In this document: positions 27,582 to 36,744 of the stretch, one piece after another
Position numbering within the stretch: position 1 is the stretch's first letter
How the letters are laid out: each line of letters starts with the position of its first letter
IMG/VR virus record: IMGVR_UViG_3300042907_001080
Span: 1 to 64,000 of that record
Strand: one strand, 5' to 3'
DNA length: 64,000 nt
Notes under the pieces: model-generated
What the model saw: only the letters and a program-made list of their open reading frames with translations
Database searches by the model: none
What the model was told of the DNA's origin: nothing
Program-made: the position numbers and the translations under genes

Positions 27582-28411
27582 AAATAGCAGTAGTAACAAC
27601 CTTTCACGAAGACGGACTTAACAAATATGCACAGCGTATGATCAACACCTTCTGCGAGAACTGGCCTACTGAGGTCATACTTCATTTATATCCCGAAAAG
27701 TGCAACCCTGCGATCCGTGATCACAGTCGTGTCACACTGAAACGTCTAGAAGAAGTTGCAGAACTAATGACTTTTAAAAACACATGGAAAGATGTGCCTA
27801 AGGCCAACGGCGATGTGTCGGCGGATCCTGTGAGATCTCTAAGAAAAGATTCAGGCAAAGGATTCAAATGGCATGCTGTGAGATTTGCACATAAAGTTTA
27901 TGCCATATTTGATTGTGTCAAAGAAACAGATGCGGATATTTTAATATGGATGGATGCAGATACTATTTGCCACAGTCCTATCACCATGACCGATCTATAC
28001 AAGATGATTCCCACTGATAGTGAGCTGTGCTATCTGGGTCGAAGGGGCAAATATTCAGAGTGTGGTTTGTATGCAATGAATCTACGATCGCCTAACATTC
28101 AACTTTTTCTCAAAGAATTTCAAAGAGTCTATGATCAAGCCGAACAAGGAATTTTTCAGTTAGCTGAGTGGCATGACAGTTTTGTGTTTGATGCGGTACG
28201 AGTAAAATTTCCGCAGATGCGACAACTAGATTGGGCAGCACACTTGCATGACCTACGTCCAGCACCAGGAATGACGTCGGGCGAAGGACACCCATTAATT
28301 AATAGCCAATGGGGCGCATGGCTGGATCACCTCAAGGGTGGTAGAAAGAAATTAGGTCGTAGTAAACCTGAAGATCTAAAAGTTCAAAGAACAGAAGCGT
28401 ATTGGCGTTAG
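27578..28411 (+). CDS. GT-A glycosyltransferase
   Basis: FAHKVYA, IWMDADT (DxD), WHDSFVFD, DHLKG; start at ATG 27578. Confidence 0.75.
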   Translation: MKIAVVTTFHEDGLNKYAQRMINTFCENWPTEVILHLYPEKCNPAIRDHSRVTLKRLEEVAELMTFKNTWKDVPKANGDVSADPVRSLRKDSGKGFKWHAVRFAHKVYAIFDCVKETDADILIWMDADTICHSPITMTDLYKMIPTDSELCYLGRRGKYSECGLYAMNLRSPNIQLFLKEFQRVYDQAEQGIFQLAEWHDSFVFDAVRVKFPQMRQLDWAAHLHDLRPAPGMTSGEGHPLINSQWGAWLDHLKGGRKKLGRSKPEDLKVQRTEAYWR

Positions 28412-29334
28412 AGATACTGTTTGAAAAATTGCCAAGCTTCTCCGGATCGAAGTTCATTAAAATTCCAATGGCACATAGATATCTGTTCAATCCATGATTT
28501 TCTCTCGGGCATCTCGGGATTTTCTAATCGACTTAAATCTGTATTCGCTACTTGGTAACTTTGACTACGCTGTGGATTATGATCTGTAAGAAATGCCGGA
28601 ACTCCTTCAATAATACTAGCCACGCTTGGACTACTGTTGTATACTACTGTGGCCCATGCACCTCTTAAATCGTCGACTAATCTTTCATTAACACTTAATC
28701 GTACACCTTTGCCGTAAATTTTTAAAATTGATTTAATTTTTTTATCTCCGGGGTGTGTTCGAACAACAATCTGACGTTTTCTACTATGCTGTCTAATTTG
28801 TGCAATAGTTTGATCTAACCATGTCTGAACATCTAGCCCACCCATGCTCCACCCACCGTGTCGCTGTAGGCAAATCAATATGTGCTCTCCCTGTGTTCTC
28901 CAAGGCTGCAAACTTATGCGTAAATCGTGACTAATTTTTTGCCAACGTCCAGGATCGATATCTCGATCAAAGTAAAATCCAGTAGTAGGAAAAACTCCAT
29001 CAAAACTGTATCTCAGATAGGTTTTGGTATTATTCGGATCAGCATATAAAAACAAATTGCTGTCTACGATTAAACTTCTCCGATTGTTTTCTTTCTGCAA
29101 TGCAACGGCATCTTGTCTCAATTGAAGATGAGGAGCCGATTTACCATGTTCGTGAACAAACCCCTGTATCAATGCTACATCACAAGGCACAGCATTCATC
29201 CCAGTGTGTGCAATGGCATGATCCCCGGACGATTTCACTCCCTGCAAAAAATTATCCAAGATCAAAGGTTTTTCTGGATTCTTGTTTGTAGGCGGGATTC
29301 CACCATAATAGGCCACAGCGGTGATGTTAGACAC
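28408..29334 (-). CDS. GT-B KpsS/KpsC-like paralogue 2
   Basis: RTHPGD, VVYNSSPSVASIIEGVP, CHWNFNELRSG. Confidence 0.6.
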   Translation of the reverse strand: MSNITAVAYYGGIPPTNKNPEKPLILDNFLQGVKSSGDHAIAHTGMNAVPCDVALIQGFVHEHGKSAPHLQLRQDAVALQKENNRRSLIVDSNLFLYADPNNTKTYLRYSFDGVFPTTGFYFDRDIDPGRWQKISHDLRISLQPWRTQGEHILICLQRHGGWSMGGLDVQTWLDQTIAQIRQHSRKRQIVVRTHPGDKKIKSILKIYGKGVRLSVNERLVDDLRGAWATVVYNSSPSVASIIEGVPAFLTDHNPQRSQSYQVANTDLSRLENPEMPERKSWIEQISMCHWNFNELRSGEAWQFFKQYL

Positions 29335-30421
29335 TGTGATATTCCTTTACTATATTGTATGCAGTTCCGTCCATGAGTTCATTGTAGGTAAACTGACAAT
29401 AACTAAGCCATGCTAGCCAATCGCCAAGCGGGCCATAATATAAATCATTGATCTGTGCTAGATTATTTCTAGTAACAGAGTTACTAACATGTTTGTCAAG
29501 AGTGATAGCAGGAATGCCTGCCCAGATAGATTCCACAGCACTGTTTGAATTGATACTAACCGTGCAATAGTAGTCTCCATCTAGCAGTGTTTGATAAAGA
29601 CTAGTGCGTGTTTTCTTATTAGTTTTAGATCTAATTTCTATAGGTCTATCTGTGTGTTTTTTCAGTTCATCGACGATTTGTTTGGTCCAAGATTCCACAT
29701 CTACATGCATGATGCTGGCTGCAAACTCGCCGGGCTCTACCACTAATATTTTTTTGCCAGTGTTACGCCAAGGTCTAGGAAATTCTGTGAAATTTTTCAA
29801 TCTATCTGCAGGTGCAACAAATTGATTATTAAAATGCAGGTGATTTCTTGTAAGCCTATGCCATTTTTTATTAGATTCAACAAAATTAGTATACCCGCTA
29901 TCTATGAACCAGAACGGAAGATGATTATCAATTTTATCTACAATGATATTTTCATTGCCTACTGTGTTTCGTAATAGACAGTCTTCTGCGCTGTTCAAGA
30001 AATCTCTGCGACGAATCATAGTTGCTGTGGGATCAATTTGTAGTCCAACGGTTTTGATAAAATATTGTTGATCACTATTCATATAGGCGTCAATGATATT
30101 TTCAGCACCTAATTTTTCTATCACGTATTCAGCCTTTTTGTGTATTTGGCCGAAATAATTTTTTCTGTAATTTTCTAAAACTGTGTTGACTTTACTGCGC
30201 CATTCTATAGCATCCGCAGAGACTCCCCGCCATAGTTTTTCTTTAAACTTATCACGGAATTTTTCAATATCAAATTTATGATGATCTCTTTTTTCGATGA
30301 TAAAGTGTATAGCTTCTGCAGTTTTACGCTCATCTAACTCAATGTGTGCGCAATGATCTTTTAAATCTATCAGACTGATAAGATAGTGTGCAAGTTCTTT
30401 GTCGTTTACTAGTAATTTCAT
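29327..30421 (-). CDS. GT-B KpsS/KpsC-like paralogue 3
   Basis: FIDSGY, VSINSNSAVESIWAGIP, CQFTYNELMDG. Confidence 0.6.
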   Translation of the reverse strand: MKLLVNDKELAHYLISLIDLKDHCAHIELDERKTAEAIHFIIEKRDHHKFDIEKFRDKFKEKLWRGVSADAIEWRSKVNTVLENYRKNYFGQIHKKAEYVIEKLGAENIIDAYMNSDQQYFIKTVGLQIDPTATMIRRRDFLNSAEDCLLRNTVGNENIIVDKIDNHLPFWFIDSGYTNFVESNKKWHRLTRNHLHFNNQFVAPADRLKNFTEFPRPWRNTGKKILVVEPGEFAASIMHVDVESWTKQIVDELKKHTDRPIEIRSKTNKKTRTSLYQTLLDGDYYCTVSINSNSAVESIWAGIPAITLDKHVSNSVTRNNLAQINDLYYGPLGDWLAWLSYCQFTYNELMDGTAYNIVKEYHSV

Positions 30422-31188
30422 TGATTTAATATTTTCCAGGCTGTACCGTTGGTAATTTCTTCTTGGGTGAACTGGCCATACGCCAAGGTCTTACACATTT
30501 CGGTTATATTTTCTGTCGAAGGTTTGAATGGATTTCCGAGTGTGGATAGATCGGTAGATGCCAGAGTGCTGGCTGCGCAAGGCACCGAAACAAATGCCGG
30601 GATGCCGTATAGCACACTTTCCAATGATGCTATGCTGTTGAATGACACCGTGGCGTAAACTCCAGAATTAAATGCGTCGTAAATTGAATATCCATGTCCC
30701 CTTTCACTTCTTGATCCTTTCGCCCTGATTTCAATCGGCAAATTAGAATATGTTTTTATTTTTTCAGTAGTTTCTTTAATCCATGTATCACAATCAATAT
30801 CAAAATATCTACAGGCTTTGGGATTCGGCAATACCAATAATATCTTTTTATTAAAAGGTTTCCAGCCTTTCCAACTCAATCTAGGATCTTGGTTAAGAAG
30901 ATTGATCCATCGATCGGCGGGAACTGATTGAGGGGTAATATGTTGTAGATCATTTTTTACAATTCGGTGCCACCATTTTTTACCTGACTTGTTTCCTACA
31001 CTTGGAAAATTACCTACATAACCAGTATCTATGTAATAAAAATCTCTGTTCGTCTTTTTGCACTCTACTATTTCGCTTTTGCTTGTTACCCCACGAACAA
31101 CCATAGGGTTATCAATGTTGGACATATCCGTAGTACAAAAATGATTCGACCCTACGACCAGAGATTCTTCTAAAGATAGTTCTTTCAT
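30418..31188 (-). CDS. GT-B KpsS/KpsC-like paralogue 4
   Basis: YIDTGY, VSFNSIASLESVLYGIP, GQFTQEEITNG. Confidence 0.6.
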   Translation of the reverse strand: MKELSLEESLVVGSNHFCTTDMSNIDNPMVVRGVTSKSEIVECKKTNRDFYYIDTGYVGNFPSVGNKSGKKWWHRIVKNDLQHITPQSVPADRWINLLNQDPRLSWKGWKPFNKKILLVLPNPKACRYFDIDCDTWIKETTEKIKTYSNLPIEIRAKGSRSERGHGYSIYDAFNSGVYATVSFNSIASLESVLYGIPAFVSVPCAASTLASTDLSTLGNPFKPSTENITEMCKTLAYGQFTQEEITNGTAWKILNQ

Positions 31189-31979
31189 AATGTTAATAAC
31201 ATCTCCATGGCTTTGCCGTTTCTCAATTCTGAATTATGAAACTGCCCGTATGACAAATGACAGGCCCACGCATATAATTTATCTTGGTCGGGATAGTAAG
31301 GTTCGTTTATTTTAGATAGATCCTGCAAACTAACAGGACTAGCTGCATTAGCCGGTGCTAGAGTAAATGCAGGTATTCCAAGGAATACAGCTTCTGTAGC
31401 TGCTACACTGTTGAATGTAACTAATGCAAATACATCATCATTGAGGGCCTGTTCTAGTGTATCGTTAACTGTTCTATCTAATCTTTTAGGTGCCCGCTCT
31501 CTAACTACCACAGGTCTATCTGTGTATTTTTTTATTTCATTTACTGTATGTTCTAACCAAATATCTAGATTGTAGTCATAGAATCGCATGGGTTTTTCAT
31601 CTGGTTTCGCTACTAGTATCTTTCTTCCATCTTTCTTCCAGGGCTGAAACTTTTTATTAAAATGTTTAAATCTATCATCTTTTCTTGGCACGATCTCGCC
31701 ATGTTGTAGATTGTTCTTTACTATACGATGCCAATTTTTCCAACCATTGGGATTTGAATCAGTTCTCTCATTGCCAAAATATCCCGTGTCTATATAATAG
31801 AAATCACGACTATCTTCCCAACATTGGTGTATCCACTTTTTCTTAAGTATACCTCTTAATACAATAGGATCAATACTGTCGTTGTAATTAAAATCTTCAG
31901 TTGAAGTTGTTCTAGTGTTGCACCCCTGTGCAAACATGTTAATATATGGATCTTTGCCGTCTTTGCTTAAAAAGATCAT
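31185..31979 (-). CDS. GT-B KpsS/KpsC-like paralogue 5
   Basis: YIDTGY, VTFNSVAATEAVFLGIP, GQFHNSELRNG; start at ATG 31979 (ATGA overlap). Confidence 0.6.
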   Translation of the reverse strand: MIFLSKDGKDPYINMFAQGCNTRTTSTEDFNYNDSIDPIVLRGILKKKWIHQCWEDSRDFYYIDTGYFGNERTDSNPNGWKNWHRIVKNNLQHGEIVPRKDDRFKHFNKKFQPWKKDGRKILVAKPDEKPMRFYDYNLDIWLEHTVNEIKKYTDRPVVVRERAPKRLDRTVNDTLEQALNDDVFALVTFNSVAATEAVFLGIPAFTLAPANAASPVSLQDLSKINEPYYPDQDKLYAWACHLSYGQFHNSELRNGKAMEMLLTL

Positions 31980-32656
31980 AGACCGTGCTGTAGACAATAA
32001 TCTACGTAAATTTTTTCTCTATGCCATTCGTTGGAGAAATCACCCTGGTCTGAAAATTCATGGAAGCAAGGTGTTCCTAGGGTATAGTGAACTAATTTTG
32101 CTTGAGGGTTCCACTCGTATTCAATATCCAGCCAGTTCCATTCTACTGGAAGTTCGCCGACTAAGTCGTCAGTAAGCCATGTAAATCTATGTACCTGTGC
32201 TCCAGTGGCATTTTGTATAAACTCCGGAGTAACCACAGCATTGGCAGGGTGCCCACAGTTCCAAAGTATCACACTAGACCAATTTTTACAAGGATAGTCT
32301 TCGTTCTTGGCACCAAGATACTTTTCAGACATTTTAGTTTTGTAGTCGTGTTTAACAACCATAACTGCTTTTGAATTATCTCTTAATGCCCATAGTTTTT
32401 CAATGTCGTCACGCAATAACATATCGCCGTCCATGAATATTGCCCAACCTTTATATTGCATTAAGTGTGGAACAAGGAAGCGACTGTAGATAAAATGATT
32501 ACTACCGTCGGTGTGTTTTTCTTCGTAGTCTTTTAATATGTTCAATGCCAACGGGTTAATACTCACTGGATGACTAGAATGTCTAATAATACTGTTTGAA
32601 CACACATGGTATGCTATGGCTTCTCGGGGATCATACCCAATAAAAATTGGAATCAT
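31976..32656 (-). CDS. GT8-like glycosyltransferase
   Basis: IFIGYDPRE, FIYSRFLVP, FMDGDML, KNWSSVILWN, WNWL, LVHYTLGTP; start at ATG 32656. Confidence 0.8.
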   Translation of the reverse strand: MIPIFIGYDPREAIAYHVCSNSIIRHSSHPVSINPLALNILKDYEEKHTDGSNHFIYSRFLVPHLMQYKGWAIFMDGDMLLRDDIEKLWALRDNSKAVMVVKHDYKTKMSEKYLGAKNEDYPCKNWSSVILWNCGHPANAVVTPEFIQNATGAQVHRFTWLTDDLVGELPVEWNWLDIEYEWNPQAKLVHYTLGTPCFHEFSDQGDFSNEWHREKIYVDYCLQHGL

Positions 32657-33414
32657 TTTCTTTCTATATCCTCTTCTATGCACTGATCTCCGTATTGTAT
32701 TTCTACAACTTTCAGAGGCTGATCGGTTTCGTTGCATAACTTATGCCATTGATGCTTGTTGATGTGTATATGTTGAAATCGAGTAAATTCACCTAGCAGA
32801 TCCATGTCTGTAGATTGGTCAACAGTATAGACTGTAGCGATGCCTTCAGACACGAACCAATGTTCTGCTCGATTTTGATGGCGTTGCATGCTGAGACAGG
32901 TTTTAGGTAATACCGTAAGTTCTTTGACTTTGACTTCTTGACCTTGTTCATGCAAGACACGATAGTATCCCCAGGCCCTACCGGTCTTAGGAGCCTTCCA
33001 TTCTTGAAGAATCCACGAACTAGAATTCATTTTATTTTCGCCGCCCACACCAAATACAAATGACAAATTGGAATCTACAACATCCATCTCTGGAATGTTA
33101 TCTTTGGTCCTATCGCCGCCATTGGCAAATATCAGTTTGGCATCGGGATAATGTGCTCGCACTTGTTGAATAAAATGTTTTGCTGATCCGTCATCGTCAT
33201 TAAAGGTATAAACTTCGTCAACCATCGATAGATTATTGATGATGCACAGTCGTTCGTTCCACGGCATAAAGGCCGCGCCTTTTTTACGGACAAGCCAATC
33301 GTCAGAATTTAATCCAACAATTAACATGTCTCCTAGAGTTTTTGCAGCTTTGAAGTAGGCAATGTGCCCGGAATGTAGGGGATCAAATCCACCAGTAATT
33401 AAAACGATTTTCAT
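32653..33414 (-). CDS. cytidylyltransferase-family nucleotidyltransferase (RfaE-II/TagD-like) fused to a PMI-type cupin
   Basis: GGFDPLHSGH (HxGH), GLNSD, NGGDR, SSS; C-terminal RAWGYYRVL, SMQRHQNRAEHW. Confidence 0.85.
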   Translation of the reverse strand: MKIVLITGGFDPLHSGHIAYFKAAKTLGDMLIVGLNSDDWLVRKKGAAFMPWNERLCIINNLSMVDEVYTFNDDDGSAKHFIQQVRAHYPDAKLIFANGGDRTKDNIPEMDVVDSNLSFVFGVGGENKMNSSSWILQEWKAPKTGRAWGYYRVLHEQGQEVKVKELTVLPKTCLSMQRHQNRAEHWFVSEGIATVYTVDQSTDMDLLGEFTRFQHIHINKHQWHKLCNETDQPLKVVEIQYGDQCIEEDIERK

Positions 33415-33430
33415 GCAGATATTTATCTGC
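33415..33430 (-). promoter_or_regulatory. late-type promoter within a palindrome, heading the 33414-28408 operon
   Basis: TAAATA (33420-33425) 5 nt before ATG; embedded in GCAGATA-TT-TATCTGC inverted repeat. Confidence 0.65.
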
Positions 33431-33446
33431 GTATATTATCTAGTAT

Positions 33447-33902
33447 TTAAAGACTGGCGTCTTCTAGTCCAGATACTCGTAGTTTAACAATGTTGCTGAG
33501 ATGCCATTGTTTTTGGTCAAGTGCTTTGATAATGCCCAGCCATTTGTTGCGTAGAAGAGCGAAATCGTTGATAATTTTTTCAAAGTCTACAACGTCAGCT
33601 TCACCTTCAACGAACTTTTCACAGTCCCTTGAAGATAAAGCTCGTTGATAATTTTCGAGATACTTGCGAAAATGTTGACTGCGAAGTCTACGAAGTTCAA
33701 TATTTAAGTATTCAAGGATACCTTCAATTTCTTGAAGTTGATTAAAGCGTTCTTCCACAATGCCGGGCATCTGCGAACTTGCCTTCTCGATGTTACCCGC
33801 TATGCGGACATCTTGTTTTGCTTCGATTAACTCAGCTTCATAATAGGCCGCAGCATCTGGAATGTTGCTTATATCTTTACTAACCTTGTCGTACCAATTC
33901 AT
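33447..33902 (-). CDS. uvsY: recombination mediator UvsY
   Basis: Helical 151 aa with FRKYLENYQRALSSRDCEKFVEGE pattern; directly downstream of uvsX operon. Confidence 0.75.
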   Translation of the reverse strand: MNWYDKVSKDISNIPDAAAYYEAELIEAKQDVRIAGNIEKASSQMPGIVEERFNQLQEIEGILEYLNIELRRLRSQHFRKYLENYQRALSSRDCEKFVEGEADVVDFEKIINDFALLRNKWLGIIKALDQKQWHLSNIVKLRVSGLEDASL

Positions 33903-34136
33903 TTATTCCTCTTCGTCGTAGCTGTCTACATCTTCTTCGATCTCTTCACCGTCGATGGCGTATGTGATAGCTTCGTCAAGAAAAGGATCTACTCCTTGCA
34001 AACTGTCTAACACACTTTCTTTGATACCGTAGTCAAGCAATGTGTTTACAAAATCAGTGGCCACATCCGGTCTTTGTTTTTCAGGAATATGTCCAATTAC
34101 CACGTGCCACAGGTCAGCGATTAAATCTTCTTTCAT
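33903..34136 (-). CDS. small acidic hypothetical protein
   Basis: 77 aa, D/E-rich tail; operon context. Confidence 0.7.
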   Translation of the reverse strand: MKEDLIADLWHVVIGHIPEKQRPDVATDFVNTLLDYGIKESVLDSLQGVDPFLDEAITYAIDGEEIEEDVDSYDEEE

Positions 34137-35212
34137 TGTGCTTCCTCCAAGTCTGGTTCAACTGTAGTAGTTATCTCAGATGTGGAAATTTCACCATGTT
34201 TGGAAATATCTTCCATGGCAATGTCTAGGCCGTCTTTCTCATTACGTTCCCAAGCCTTGCGGAACTGCTTGATGATCTCGCCGTCTTTGGTAGTGTAGAC
34301 AAGGCTGTTACCTTCTTTCTTGAGCATGCCTTTGGCTTCGAACAGGTCGACTAATCCACTATATGGACTCATACCTGTTTCATAAGGAATCTCGACCTGC
34401 ACACTTTCAAACGGCTTTGCATAACGAGTTTTCATGATCTTACAAGCAGCACGAATACCTTGCACAGTTGTGGTCTTGTTGCCATCAGCATCGAGTTTCA
34501 GTTTCAATTTACGCATGGCAACCACGATTGAACTGGCGTAGATAAAGCCTTGACCGCCACTGATCTTGTCGTCTGGATCAAACATGTCTTGGCTTGCGTA
34601 TGTGTGATTGGTTGCGACTAGACCAATACCTAGACTACCAAACATGTTTACACAATTACGAACCAGTGCTGTGAGTGCTTTAGGTTTACGGCCCATGTCA
34701 CCTTTGAGATCCCCGGCTTGAAACTGGTTAACATCAGTGGGAGTCAGTAACATTCCAAGACTGTCAATGATGAACAATACTTTAGGACGCTCGTCTTCTG
34801 GCATTGTCTTGTATTCTGCAACAAATTCTGTAATAGTTTTTGCCACATCGTCAATCATGGCCATGTTAAGTTTCAACAACTTATCTGGACTTGTATCAAC
34901 TTCAAGTGCGTGTAACCATTTCTCGTCAAGCGCATTTTCTGTATCAATCAAGATCGGAAAGATACCTTGTGCTTGTGCATTCTTAACTAGATTGCCTGAA
35001 CAGATAAAACTCTTACCTGCGCCACTTTCGCCTGCAAATACTGTAACTTTACCTAGCGGAATACCACGTTTAAAGTCTCCGCTAATAAGATAATTTAATG
35101 CATAGTTGTTTGTACTGACCCAATCAGTTGGGTCGTTAAAGCCAATACTTAAACCGTCAATAGATTTAGTAATTGACTTTCTAAATTTAGAAATATCAAA
35201 TGCTTTTGCCAT
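34133..35212 (-). CDS. uvsX: RecA-like recombinase UvsX
   Basis: GESGAGKS, IDTENALD, IIDSLG, TNHTY, GGQG..YASS. Confidence 0.92.
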   Translation of the reverse strand: MAKAFDISKFRKSITKSIDGLSIGFNDPTDWVSTNNYALNYLISGDFKRGIPLGKVTVFAGESGAGKSFICSGNLVKNAQAQGIFPILIDTENALDEKWLHALEVDTSPDKLLKLNMAMIDDVAKTITEFVAEYKTMPEDERPKVLFIIDSLGMLLTPTDVNQFQAGDLKGDMGRKPKALTALVRNCVNMFGSLGIGLVATNHTYASQDMFDPDDKISGGQGFIYASSIVVAMRKLKLKLDADGNKTTTVQGIRAACKIMKTRYAKPFESVQVEIPYETGMSPYSGLVDLFEAKGMLKKEGNSLVYTTKDGEIIKQFRKAWERNEKDGLDIAMEDISKHGEISTSEITTTVEPDLEEAQ

Positions 35213-35213
35213 A

Positions 35214-35405
35214 TTAATTGTCCAGGTCCATTGCGTTGTATTCTTTGATTAACGCAATTAATTCTTCTTCTGTGTTGCAGACTGTTTTAGAATTCTTCCA
35301 TTCTTCTTTTTTATCACGCCCGCTAATTTCAACCATCCAAGCATTATCATAACGATTGATCGTGATTGATTCGCTCACTTTTGTTAATTTAGTTAGTTTT
35401 GCCAT
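35214..35405 (-). CDS. small hypothetical protein
   Basis: Start at ATG 35405 (MAKLTK...) with SD AGGA, downstream of the gp32 terminator. Confidence 0.65.
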   Translation of the reverse strand: MAKLTKLTKVSESITINRYDNAWMVEISGRDKKEEWKNSKTVCNTEEELIALIKEYNAMDLDN

Positions 35406-35420
35406 TATTATTTTCCTAGA

Positions 35421-35453
35421 AATGAAAGAGAGTGCGAGATTGCCTCGCACTCT
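35421..35453 (-). terminator. intrinsic terminator after SSB gene
   Basis: 10-bp stem AGAGTGCGAG/CTCGCACTCT, 5-nt loop, followed by CTTTCATT on minus strand. Confidence 0.7.
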
Positions 35454-35466
35454 ATGTTTAGTCTAA

Positions 35467-36435
35467 TTACTTCTGACGATTGCGAATCATGGCAAGAATG
35501 TCTTGCGCACGACTAGCAGATTCTGTTGAAGCTGCCGGAGCGGCTGCTGGAGCGGCCTTAACTACAGGAGCTGGTTCGTCATCTGCATCTGCAATAGGAG
35601 CAGCAACAGCCGTTGGTCTATTAGGATCACCAGTGGCTTGGCTCATGCCTGCTGGTTTAAAATATTGTCCCCAACGTTCCATGTCATAGGCTTCACCATC
35701 TACAGAAGCTTCAAACATTTCTTTCATGACTTTAAGTTCAACATCAGTGGGTTTCTTTGGCAAGAAGCCGCTGAGATCAAAAAGACCATGTGACTCTACT
35801 GCCGCTGATTCAACATCTGTCAGTGAACGCTCACGTCGGCTCCACTTTGATGTAGAGTAGTCAGCAAAGCCACCTTTTGATGTCTTGGCAATACGGAAGT
35901 CGAGACCTTTCAGATAGTCTGTTGGCAACTCATCCAATTCCGGATCCATCAACGCTGAACGGATGATAGCATAGATCTGAGGTCCGATAATAAATCTACG
36001 GATAGGGTTGTCTGGAAGTTTATCTTCCTTGAGTGGATCTTCAACCACAAAGCCTTGGAAAATGTATGAACGCTTTTTCCAATATTTACGACCCATTTCT
36101 TCCAATGATTTATCTTTAAACCAACCACGCACTTCTGATAGGATTGGACATGCTGTGCCGTCGTTATACATTTCCACACAGGGAACTTGTACCTGCACTG
36201 CTCTGCTGTCTGTTTCACCTTTGATGCCAGCGAATGGCAATTTGATCATCGCACGTTCTACCCAGAAGAATGTGTTGTTAGGATTGCCATCAGGTAAGAA
36301 ACGTACAACGGCTTCTTTGCCTTCTTGCATATTCCAGTGTGGGTAAATTGCGTTGTCTCCACCGCCAGTGGATTGTCCTGTGGACTTTGATTGTGCTTCT
36401 TGAAGTTTAGCACGGATTTCTGATAATGTTGCCAT
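35467..36435 (-). CDS. single-stranded DNA-binding protein (T4 gp32-like)
   Basis: VVRFLPD, FFWVER, VPC...CPI, YWKKRSY, DYSTSKW; flexible acidic/Ala tail; upstream of uvsX. Confidence 0.88.
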   Translation of the reverse strand: MATLSEIRAKLQEAQSKSTGQSTGGGDNAIYPHWNMQEGKEAVVRFLPDGNPNNTFFWVERAMIKLPFAGIKGETDSRAVQVQVPCVEMYNDGTACPILSEVRGWFKDKSLEEMGRKYWKKRSYIFQGFVVEDPLKEDKLPDNPIRRFIIGPQIYAIIRSALMDPELDELPTDYLKGLDFRIAKTSKGGFADYSTSKWSRRERSLTDVESAAVESHGLFDLSGFLPKKPTDVELKVMKEMFEASVDGEAYDMERWGQYFKPAGMSQATGDPNRPTAVAAPIADADDEPAPVVKAAPAAAPAASTESASRAQDILAMIRNRQK

Positions 36436-36492
36436 TTTAAATGCCTCCTTGTGTTATGCCTAAAATGTTTATATGCCTTATGCACATGTTTT

Positions 36493-36521
36493 ATTATGCG
36501 CTTTTTATTTATCAAGGTCAA
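36493..36521 (-). promoter_or_regulatory. sigma70-type promoter for SSB with nested late motif
   Basis: TTGACC-17 nt-CATAAT; spacer contains GATAAATA. Confidence 0.75.
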
Positions 36522-36744
36522 CGATTATCTACGTATTTTTTGATTTATCTTACCAAAAGAAAAAGCGGGTCAGGCCCACTTTTTCTTATATGCTGCCATG
36601 GCTCGTTGCCTAGCTAGCCATAATCTAAATTTTACATACTCTGATAAGTCATCATCAACTACCTTACCAAAGTCTCGAGCCTTTAGATTACGACCAAATG
36701 TGACTTCATCATCAACAACGAAGTCACTATCGTCTAACCCGAAA

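Noticed and set aside
27144-32008. 12-bp direct repeat ATAATCTACGTA at 27144 and 31997 as island boundaries
   Set aside because: The second copy lies inside GT8 coding sequence (IYVDY) and does not bracket a coherent unit
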